A DNA stretch of 64,000 bases from Nageia nagi (taxonomy: Eukaryota; Plantae; Pinophyta). The DNA lies in the NCBI GenBank assembly GCA_050084985.1, contig JBITNC010000002.1, positions 26,040,001 to 26,104,000 on the forward strand. Direction: 5' to 3'. Position numbers and translations under genes: made by a program. This document shows, piece by piece, positions 25,391 to 36,479 of the stretch. Position 1 is the first letter of the stretch, and the number at the start of each line of letters is the position of its first letter. The notes beneath the pieces were generated by a model. It was given only the letters and a program-made list of their open reading frames with translations. It was not told where the DNA came from and made no database searches.

Positions 25391-28300
25391 AACCAGCATA
25401 TATATAATACTAAGCAAGTTAATGGTGTGAGAATATGTCCAAGATAAGACCAAATGCAACTGTCTGGCCGCCCCATGTGACTTCCACCTAACTCGACTCA
25501 CTTTGGTCTCCCCTGCCGCCTCCGCCCGCCCCTACCCATGCGGCTTAACGAATAGACATGGCCACCTTTCAATTTTTTTTTTCAACTATAGTTGTTGAGC
25601 TTTTAATTTTTTTTACCAACCATAAAAGGAGTTTGACTTTTATGTCTAGGTCTAAATTAACCCTTTAAGGGATTTTACCTAAGTCCTTTTTAAGTATTTC
25701 CTATTTCCTAAAAACCTAAGACATTTTTACTTAACATGTCTACTTCAAAGACCAATTTTAGCATACAAGTTTTTTAGGGATAACACATTACTTGAAAAGA
25801 AGGGAGGAACCATACTTAAACGAAATTTTTTAGCATCCAAGTTTTAGAACTTTAAGTAAAAAAGGGGGGAATTTGTATAATTTTTTACTTAAATCTTTAT
25901 GTAGCTGGATCTTGCATGCTAAATTTATAATGCATGCTTCTTAACCTTATTAGGAATAAAGCATGCTTAGTACTTAAAATTTTAAGTTAAATAATGCATG
26001 ATGCATGTTTATTACTTAATTTTAAGTCTTAGAATAATGCATGTTTAAGTTATGGATTAATGCTAAGTAGGATTTAGCCTTTGTAAAATTCATTATTTAT
26101 GAACTTGAGCAAAGTATGAAAAATGTAAAAAGTCCTTTAGGGGTTAGTACAAAACCCATTGGACTCTTAAGGTTTCAAGTTTCGTGTGGATGAAGTATTT
26201 TTACTTTACTTTATATTTTTGCACAATTCCTTTATACTTGCAATATGTAAAATATTGAAAGTAACCCCTAAAATGAACACATCCACACGTACTTTTCCAT
26301 AACATGACTTGTTTGGGGAGCCACGAGGTGAGGACAGGGCAGACTGGAGCCTTTTTAGTTTGAAGAACCAAGTGGTGGTAAGTCCGTCTTAATTGCCCCT
26401 AAGACCTCTGTTGGATTGGACATAACTCTATTAGGTGGACAGGCATGTGTGTAGTGATACCACATGTCCGCACGTCCATTCAAGGATTATCCTGATAACC
26501 TAGGAGGAAAACTAAAAACCTTAAAAAGATAATTAAAATGGCCAGTCCAAGATACGTTGGATCCTTGGAAAATAGTTGGTACTTCTCCTTGTGAGAGTAT
26601 ATTACTGACCAAGGTGAACTGGTTGAGGACTGATAGTACTTGGGCTCCACTCTGCGGGCATCCAGGTGAAGGCCTAATTCTATACAAGAAAATAACCTCA
26701 ACTTTATCCTTCTACGAATCGTGATTTATAAGTTTACACATGTGGGACATGTTTACTTACTAAAATGTTTGATTTGTATAGATGGTAAATTGTAAAAATT
26801 TGCATTCTTATTGCATATTTACTTTTTTGTAGCAATGGTTGAAACCTTCATACCCAAGCATATACTCAACGGTTCCAACTTTGGAATATGGGAACCTCGT
26901 ATGAAAGCTGAGTTACAAGCAAGGAAGCTATGGTAGACAGTTCATGAAGACTTGGTCGCTCCTACCGATGAGTGTTAGAATTTGTAATGAAATATTGTGA
27001 ATATCTAAACTCCTTGTAAATTCAATTAATCACTTAAGGGTATGTAGATACCTTAAGAGATTAATTGAATTCTTTAATATGTAGACTTTGACTTTACCAA
27101 AGTGATTAGTTGGTAGGTTGAAGTTTGGTGATACATTTAATGTAACCCTAACCTTACCCTTGGGTTAAAGGAAGGTTAGGGAGGTGCTCTCAAGCTATAA
27201 ATAGAGGGCCTCTCCTCTTGTAAAAATATCTAAGTCTTGGAGTAAGATTACTCTACTTGGTTGTGTAGGAGAGAGCTAGAGAATAGTTGTAAGAGAGACA
27301 TAGCAAGAGAATAGAGAACTAGTTGTGGATGTACTCCCAAGGAGGGAGGAACCACATTATATTGGTGTCATATTGTGTGAATGATGTTCTTAGAATTATA
27401 GATGTGTTATCTTGTGTACACTTGAGTTTCCTAGTCTTAGGTCCTAGAGGATTTGTTTAGATATAGTTCAAATCCTTCAATTGGTATCAGATCCTTGTTG
27501 TGAAAGCTCTTCTTCTTGGTGTAGGAGCTCTCCTTGTTGTGGAAGCTCTTCTTCTTGGTGTAGGAGCTCTCCTTGTTGTGGAAGCTCTTCTTTTGGTGTG
27601 GAAGCTACATCTTGGAGGTTCTTCATCCTTCTTCATTCCTCATCTTACACCCCTTGGTGAGGTAAATTTTAAAGAGCAGGTATAAAGTTCCTCCTCATTT
27701 GGTCATTTTTTTTTGGATTATTACATAATGCTACTAACACCTTATTTGCTATGTGTTAGTCCCTTTTTTAAGTTATGATTAACAAGTTGCAATTTTTTAC
27801 TAATCCTCTATGTTACTTGCAATTTTAAATTGCTATAGTTCTTTTAAAAAGGGTTAGTATACAACAATTGTAATTTGTTGTTCATGTTATATTGAACTTA
27901 AAAGTATGTGTTGGTTCAATTATTTGATTAAATACCAATATATGATGAAAAATTGCAATATATATACTAACATGAATTATGTTATTACTATTTGTTAAAA
28001 TAGTAATGTATTATTGTGAAATTTCTCATATATACTATCATTAGTGAGTTATTGATATGATCCTAAGCAAAAGGCATCAACATTTCCAAAAATAAAAGGA
28101 GGACAAATTTTTTTTAAGGGCACAATAATATATTCCAAAGCTCAATATAATATATATATATTATGTATATATATTTTATTATTTTTTGTTGTTTAAAATA
28201 TAGTTAATATATATATATATATATTTATTTATTTTAAATTTGTTTAAAAGCACAAATATTTATATATATTTTTTATATTTTAAATCTGTTTAAAATACTC

Positions 28301-28529
28301 AAAAATATATATATGTTTTTTATTGTGTTTTAAATTTATTTAAAATCAAAATAAAATAAATATCTATGTGTAATTCGGGGGGGTAATTGATAAACATTTA
28401 TCACGATGACATAAATCGTATAAAATTTAACTAATCGGGGGGGGTCCTCCACGCGCACGCGGCCTCTGGTGGCTCCTCCCACCCACCGCCGCACCGCGCT
28501 CCTCCACCTCTGCCACCCGACACTGCTGC

Positions 28530-29190
28530 TTCCTCCTCCCATGACTGCATGGCCTCTGTGGTGGCTCCTCCCCCTTCCTCCGCCCTCCTCCACGCTCCTC
28601 TGGCTCCTCGTCGCCTTTGCACCCATTACCTGCTGCAATGCTCACCCTACAAACGTACAGGTGACATTGATCCTGATCGGTGCATTATTTGATCATGCTG
28701 CAGACAACATGGCTCCTCCCATCTGCATCTCTGCTCCTCCGACTGCCTCCTCTCCATTGCACGACTCCCCTGCCCACCGCCTCCACCTTCCCCGGCTACA
28801 GCGCAACGTTGCTTGGGTCCCCATCCAGTATTGGGCCAAACAATCCACAGCCCTAGCCACGTAGCGATGCACATATCTGATGATCTGTGTGAGGATTCGA
28901 CACCATGAAATAGTCTGCATCAAGGTGCTGGTCGTGGGTGCATGTTCTATTTCATGGCCTGCCATGCTCGCAGGATATGCTCAAACCAGATACGTTACCA
29001 GGTAATGCACACAACATAAAGGAAAGCACAGAGACGGCACGTGAAATGTTTCACACAATGCAGACCAAGTTTCCTGACATGCAATGATCGCAGGCTATGC
29101 ACAAAATGCCTACGTTGCACAGATACGAACTTGTTTGTCAAGATGCACGATGCAGCCACATTTTATGGCTGCCATGATCATCAGATATGC
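28530..29190 (+). pseudogene. Scrambled PPR fragments (sense, plus one antisense piece) in the leader of F
   Basis: SWPAMLAGYAQ (~28950), AMIAGYAQNAYVAQ (29084), LFVKMHDAA, AAMIIRYA; antisense TISW..IIRYVHRYVARA at ~28835-28925. Confidence 0.75.
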
Positions 29191-29592
29191 CCCGACCGCC
29201 ATCCCCGCCAACCTCTGCCCCTCTCATCTCGCGACTTGGTTGGTCAACCATAGGCTGGCCGCCCCACGCGGCCTCCGTCCGCCACTACTCACGCGCCCTC
29301 CACCTACTCTCCTTACCGACTTTGGCCCCTGCCACCCCTGCCCAACCTCTCCACCTCCATGAGGCTTACACGTGGCCCCTTCACATTTTTTTGTCAACTT
29401 TAGTTGTTGAGCCTTAATTTTTTCCCACTCCCCATTTGATTTGGCTTTTTTCTTTAAAGTCTAGGTCCGATTAATTCTTTCAGGGATTTTTCCTACCACC
29501 CTATGATATTTTTAAGTAACCAAAGGCTATATTTACTTTTGTTAGTGATGATAACTTCACCTCTAAGATGCCTTTTTTTATTGTACATTCTA

Positions 29593-29872
29593 GACCTCCG
29601 TGGTAAGTTTGCTCTGCGTGAACAAACTTGTTGCACATAATTGATGTTATAGAGTGTTGAGTATTTATACCTCAGTGGTAAGTTTGCTCTGCATGACAAA
29701 CATGTTGACATTTTAATACCTCCGTGGTAGACTTGCTTGCTAGAAAACTGATTGTACAACATTTTTGCATATATTAATATACCCGTCCGTGGTCAGTTCG
29801 CTCTGCGTGAGGAACTTGTTGTACATCTATACCTCCGTGGTGAGTTACTCTGCATGAAACTCGTCGTACACT
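29593..29872 (+). repeat. 3' UTR tandem array of F (5 units, atacctccgtggtaagtttgctctgcgtgagaaacttgttgtaca-like)
   Basis: Direct repeats, each with an internal inverted stem. Confidence 0.85.
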
Positions 29873-32800
29873 TTTTATGCTCTATTTAAAATCACACTGC
29901 CATATACACAGGTGACTATGACGTGGCTTATTGCACCATTGTCAGCTTATTTAAGTTGAGGCCCTTTATTTGTTCTCTTATTTGAATATATGATGCATCT
30001 AAACTGATTTTTTTCATGAGTTTTTGCTACCACCATGAATCTTCTTCAGTAAATGCATGTTACTCACCTTGTGAAAGCAAGCTCATGGAGACTCACATGT
30101 CAGCTTTAAGTTGATCGACTACTATGTACAGTGAAACCAGTTGTGGTTAATGATTGTATTGTATACCATTTTTTGTCAAATGGTAATGTAGTGAGTCTCA
30201 TACTAGTTCTCAAAAAGATTCTCAAATATGTAAAAGTTCTCATCTCCACTTGTATCTCTATGGAGGAGAACTCTCTCTTACTCTCTCTCTTCTCTCTTCT
30301 ACGCTCTATCCCAATATTGCATTAAGGGGGAGTGTTAGAATTTGTAATGAAATATTGTGAATATCTAAACTCCTTGTAAATTCAATTAATCACTTAAGGG
30401 TATGTAGATACCTTAAGAGATTAATTGAATTCTTTAATATGTAGACTTTGACTTTACCAAAGTGGTTAGTTGGTAGGTTGAAGTTTGGTGATACATTTAA
30501 TGTAACCCTAACCTTACCCTTGGGTTAAAGGAAGATTAGGGAGGTGCTCTCAAGCTATAAATAGAGGGCCTCTCCTCTTGTAAAAATATCTAAGTCTTGG
30601 AGTAAGATTACTCTACTTGGTTGTGTAGGAGAGAGCTAGAGAATAGTTGTAAGAGAGACATAGCAAGAGAATAGAGAACTAGTTGTGGATGTACTCCCAA
30701 GGAGGGAGGAACCACATTATATTGGTGTCATATTGTGTGAATGATGTTCTTAGAATTATATGTGTTATCTTGTGTACACTTGAGTTTCCTAGTCTTAGGT
30801 CCTAGAGGATTTGTTTAGATATAGTTCAAATCCTTCAATGAGAAGGCTCTTGAAGTATACAACTCAAAGAATGAGTTAGCAACTTCAATGATTTATCATG
30901 CAGTTTCAGATGACATCCTTCTCATGATCTCTTCATCAACATCAGCAAAGGAAGCTTGGGATAGGCTAAAGAAAATTTACCTTGGGTCAAAATTTTCAAG
31001 GAGGTTCACCATTTTACAAAAGTTGTTGCAATATCGTCAAAGTGAAGATGAAAGTGCCTCTATCTACTTGAACAAAATCATTGACCTCAGGACATAACTG
31101 GTTAGCTGTGGGTGCAACTGGATCAATGATGAGTTCATGGTCTTCATCATTCTTCAAAGCCTTTCTACAAAGTTTAGTAACTTTATCACAGTTATGGAAA
31201 CAAGGCTCGATGATGAAGAAGATGTCATCTCTCTTGATAATCTTTCTAGACTCCTTCTGAAGCATGAGGAAACTTTGAATAAGAAAATGTTGGACTTTTC
31301 TCCAAAGGACAAAAGCATTGCTCTAGGAGAAACCAAAACTCCTTTCAAGAAGAAGTTCAAACATTATAAATTCAAAGATAACAAGTCCTCATCTACCTTC
31401 AGGAAGTATGAGAAAAAGGGCAACAATAATGGTAACTTCAGGCAAAGGAATGACAAAGTTGGATCAAGCAATCCAACACCTCAGGAAAAGTTTGATGGAA
31501 ATTGTAACTTTTATGGCATCTTTGGGCATAAAGAGTATGATTATCGTAAAAAGAAATTTGCTCAAAAAGGCAAGGGAAATGCAAATGTGAGAAATTTCAA
31601 TAATAGAAAGAAACAAGCATACTGCTACTATTGCCTACTACTCAATGACTCAAACTGTTTCAAATGATTGGATTATTGATTTAGGATGCACTAATCACAT
31701 GTGTTATGAAAAGGATAAGTTTGAAAACTTTCATAAGTACAAGAAGGATGTAGTTGTGATAGGTGATAATACAGTCCTTGATGTTCAAGGAATAGGGAGT
31801 GTGAAGATTCATGGAAAGACTCTTGATAATGTCTTTTACATGCCTAAACTAAGGATGAATCTTATCTCTGTAATTCAGATCACAAGGAAAGGATACTCAT
31901 TTGAGTTTACCTCACACTCCTGGTGTGTTAAGAAAGGACTTGCCACCTTCATGAAAGGATCAGTAAAGGATGACCTTTATATCATGGATCAAGTTCCTTA
32001 AAAAATGTGTCTTGCTGCCAATGTTTGTTCAAAGGGTAATCTTTGTCATCAACGATTAGGGCACCTTAACCATAAGAGTATTCAAGATATGAAAACTCAA
32101 GAACTTGTGGAAGGTTTACCTAATATTTCACCCATAATTGGTCTTTGTGAAAGGTGCATTCTAGGAAAGATGAATAGGCAAAAATTTGAAAAAGATAAGG
32201 CAACTCGGGCTACTCGTCCTCTTCAGTTTGTGCATTCAGATTTGATGGGTCCATTTCAGACTAAGTCTCTAGGGGGAGCTTCTTATGTTCTGACCTTCAT
32301 TGATGACTTCAGTAGGATGACATTTGGTTATCTACTTGAGCACAAGGATCAAACTTTTGACAGGTTTAAAGACTTCAAGGCTCTTGTTGAAAATCAAACT
32401 GATTTTAAGATCAAGATGCTGAGATCTAATAATGGGGGGTGAGTATAATAGCAATGAGTTTAACGACTATTGTGTTAAACATGGGATCAAGTGGCAATTC
32501 ACAATCCCTTACACCCCTTAGCAAAATGGAGTTGCTGAAAGGAAGAATCGCACCATTATGGAAATGGCAAGGTGCATGTTGGGTAACCTTCCTAGTTTCT
32601 TATGGGGTGAAGCTATTCACACCCTAAATAGGTGTCCTACTAAAGCAGTTGAAGGTAAAACTCTGTATGAAGCATGGACAGGAAAGAAACCCAACCTCTC
32701 ACACTTTAGGGTCTTCGGTTGTGATGCATTTACCTTCATTACCTCAGAGAAAAGAAAGAAGTTGGATAAAAGATCAGAAAAATGCATCTTTGTGGGGTAT

Positions 32801-34681
32801 GATAATCAACATAGAGGTTACAGGCTCTACTCCTCATCCCATAACATCATCTTTATTTCTAGGGATGTCAAGTTCAATGAACTTCCTGAGGATACGACCT
32901 CTCATGTTGAGGTGTCTAATTCAAATGATTCTTTGCCTACACCTAACTGGTTGGATGATCATGTAGGGAAGTCACCACAAGAGCAAAATTCTCCAGCTCA
33001 GAGAATTACAAGGAGTATGACCTTGAATAACTCTTTATTTGCCAAAATTGATAATATAAATGAGCCATCAACCTTCAAAGAAGCTTCCAAGCACGAGTGT
33101 TGGATGGAAGCTATGAAAGTTGAGTATGAGGCGCTCATGAAAAATGAAACTTGGGATTTGGTTCCTTATCCCAATGAGAAAAATGTGATTGGAAATAAAT
33201 GGATATACAAGGTCAAGTACAATTCTGATGGAAAAATTGAAAAATACAAAGCAATGTTAGTGGCCAAAGGATTCGCTCAAAAATATGGTATTGATTATGA
33301 GAAAACCTTTACACCTGTGGCCAAGATGCCTACTATCAGGATAATCCTTGCTCTTTCTGCAGCTCAAGGATGGAAAGTTTTTCAACTTGATGTCAAGAGT
33401 GCATTTCTCAATGGTGACTTGGATGTAGAAATCTACATGAATCAACCAGAAGGATTTATTCTAGAAGGAAAAGAGTCTCTTGTGTGCAAGCTAAAGAAGT
33501 CTTTGTATGGACTTAAGCAAGCACCTAGAGCATGGTACAAGAAAATTTTAGGATTCTTTACAGATATTGGTTTCTCCAAGTGCTTCTCTGACTCAGATCT
33601 CTATGTACTCAATCAAGGAAAAGACGTGGTCTTAATTCTCCTTTATGTGGATGATCTTCTCATAACTGGCAATAATATTGAAATCATCCAAGAGTGCGTA
33701 TCCAAACTGAAGGTAACATTTGAAATGACTGATCTAGGTCTATTGCATTACTATCTTGGGATGCAAGTATACCAACACAAAGATTGTACTTATCTTAGTC
33801 AATCTAAGTATATAGCAGACATCTTGCAAAAGTTTGGAATGGAGGAGTGTAAATATGCTGCAATACCTGTTTGTCCTAAAATAGTGGTATCTCTGAGCTT
33901 AGATTCTCAGTTGGTTGATGCTACAGCTTATAGGCAATTGATCGGTAGTCTTCTGTATTTGACTATCTCTCGACCTGATATTGCCTTTGTAGTGAATCTG
34001 ATGGCACGATTCATGCAAAAACCATATGTTGAACACCTCAATGCTTTTAAGCAAATCTTGAGGTATGTGGCAGGGACAAAGGATCTTGCTCTTAAGTATT
34101 CCAAAGTGCCCTCAATTGTTCTCTCTGGGTTCTCAAATTCTGATTATGGGGGAGATAGAGATGACAGAAAATCAACCTCTGCATATGTGTTCAGCATTGG
34201 TTCAGGTGCTATCTCTTGGGCTTCCAAGAAGCAACCTACTGTGACTCTTTCTACCACCGAAGCCAAATATCGAGCCATGTCTGTTACCGCCTAAGACACT
34301 ATTTGGCTGAGGTATCTTCTGAACGAAATTGGGTATGAGCAACATGGCCCATATCTTATCTCTTCAGATAATCAATCAGCTATCTCTTTGGCTAAGAATC
34401 TTGTATTCCATCATCAAAGAACCAAACATGTGGAAATCCAAGCCCATTTTATCATGGAGAAGGTTCTAGATGACATCATACACTTGAAGTATTATCCATC
34501 TATTGAAAACTCCGCTGATTTATTCACCAAGCCCCTTCTTAAAGCTCAGTTCAGCAAGCTTAGGGATTCTCTCGGGTTGGTGAAGTTGCCCTCAAGGGGG
34601 AGTGAAGTTTAAACTTTTGTTAGGGATGACAACTTCACCTCTAAGAGGCCTTTTTTGTTGTTATATTATGTTGATTATGAT

Positions 34682-34891
34682 ATACCTCTATGGTAAGTTT
34701 GCTCTACGTGAGAAACTTATTGTACATTTTATACCTCCGTGGTAAGTTTGCTCTGCGCGAGAAACTTGTTGTACAATTTTTTGAGCATATAATTGATATA
34801 CCTCCGTGGTAAGTTCGCTCTGCGTGAGGAACTTCTTGTACATTCTATACCTCCATGATAAGTTTGCTCTGCGTGAAAAACTTGTTGTATA
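34682..34891 (+). repeat. 3' UTR tandem array of E (4 units)
   Basis: Same unit as in F. Confidence 0.88.
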
Positions 34892-35841
34892 ATTTTTTAT
34901 GCTCTATTAAAAATCAACACATGACTATATACAATAGGTGACTATGAGTGATGGCTTGGCATCTCTGTGATGACTTATAGTGCACCATTGATCAGTTATT
35001 TATAAGATGGCATTATTTGATTCTCTTATTTGAATATATGATGCATCTAATTGATTTTGTTCATGAGTTGCTTGTAGCATGCATGATCTTCTTCAGAAAT
35101 GCAGGTTACTCACCTTGTGTAAGCAAGCTCATGGAGACTCACATGTCAGCTTAAAGTTGATCGACTACTATGTACAGTGAAACCAGTTGTGGTTAATGAT
35201 TGTATTGTAAACCATTTTTGTCAAATGGTAATGTAGTGAGTCTCAAACTAGTTCTCAAAAAGATTCTCAAATATGTAAATGTTCTCATCTCCACTTGTGT
35301 CTCTATAGAGGAGAACTCTCTCTTACTCTCTCTCTTCTCTCTTCTACGCTTTATCCCAATATTGCATTAAGGGGGAGTGTTAGAATTTGTAATGAAATAT
35401 TGTGAATATCTAAACTCCTTGTAAATTCAATTAATCACTTAAAGGATATGTAGATACCTTAAGGGATTAATTGAATTCTTTATTATGTAGACTTTAACTT
35501 TACCATGTGGTTAGTTGGTAGGTTAAAGTTAGGTGATACATTTATTATAACCCTAACCTTACCCTTGGGTTAAAGGGAGGTTAGGGAGGTGCTCTCAAGC
35601 TATAAATAGAGGGCCTCTCCTCTTGAAACATAACTAAGTTTTTGGAGTAAGATTACTCTACTAGTTGTGTAGGAGAGGAAGAGAATTGTTGTAAGAGGTG
35701 CATAGATTGAGAATAGAGAACTAGTTGTGGATGTACTCCCAAGGAAGGAGGAACCACATTATATTTGTGTTATCTTGTGTATGATTGAGTTTCCTAGTCT
35801 TGGACCTTGAGGATTAAAGTAGGTCTTAATCCTTCATAGTC

Positions 35842-36330
35842 AATAACTTCATGGGCATTTGCCAAACTTTCATAAATGACATGCATGTGGATGAGTCAAT
35901 CTTGAATAAATTTGAACATGGATCAACCAAATTTAAGTTTGATGTGATTGATGAGTGAATGGAGGAGCTTGCCCTTTAGAAGGGTATTGCTATTGATGTA
36001 AGAGTTGAAGATATGTTGAAGAGCATAAAGAGTTTGGTTTTACAATTGAGAATTATATTTGTTTTTTCAGCAAATCCATTATTATGCACATTCTATGATC
36101 ATTATAGTGCATGATACTCTACAAATATACTTTTTTAAGAGTCTTTGATGTATGTATAAAAGCTTATTGCAAATCCCTCAGTTTAGTGCATACTTTAAGG
36201 ATGCTTGTACAAGAAAGTAATGTTTATGGTAACCTGAAACTTGTCTTGTTTAGTCATACGCTTAAAGACTTCATAGGCATCTACCAAGATTTTTGCCCAC
36301 CTGCTCAACTCAAAAATAGATTGCTCAATA
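35842..36330 (-). pseudogene. Upstream part of the PPR pseudogene interrupted by E
   Basis: STYLQLL..SNTLLKGKLLHSLINH...LIHMHVIYESLANAHEVIDYMTK reads through the E target site; further LVDAYEVFKRMTKQD and SILKVCTKL fragments. Confidence 0.7.
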
Positions 36331-36479
36331 AAAGTTTTGAAAGGGAAGGGTATTTAAAGCGGTTTTTGCCTAACACCTTATGATTTATGGTGGAGGGTTA
36401 AAACTAGCCTATAAAACCTACCATCAAAACTACATATAAAGGTGACTTATGCTCGCCCCCTAAAATTCAACTAAAATTA

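Larger units (their letters stand above)
26973..30837 (+). mobile_element. Non-autonomous LTR element F (no gag-pol) nested in the gag of E
   Basis: LTRs 26973-27479 and 30333-30837 differ by ~2 substitutions and a 2-bp indel. Perfect TSD atgag. PBS ttggtatcaga; PPT ttaagggggag. Internal region is an E-like leader joined directly to an E-like 3' UTR at ~29535. Confidence 0.95.
26835..34612 (+). pseudogene. gag-pol of E, split by F, with few stops/frameshifts
   Basis: MVETFIPKHILNGSNF...APTDE|KALEVY rejoins across F. Protease WIIDLGCTNHM; INT FVHSDLMGP; 578-aa INT/RT/RH ORF at 32558-34294 with LYVDDLL. Confidence 0.92.
23199..35836 (+). mobile_element. Ty1/copia element E with ~3.2-kb leader, containing nested F
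   Basis: 459-bp LTRs at 23199-23657 and 35378-35836 with ~8 substitutions. Perfect TSD tagtc. PBS ttggtatcaaag; PPT ttaagggggag. Confidence 0.95.

Noticed and set aside
28336-28965. Several GC-rich overlapping ORFs as real genes
   Set aside because: Low-complexity by-products of the GC-rich cassette in F; only PPR scraps are recognisable
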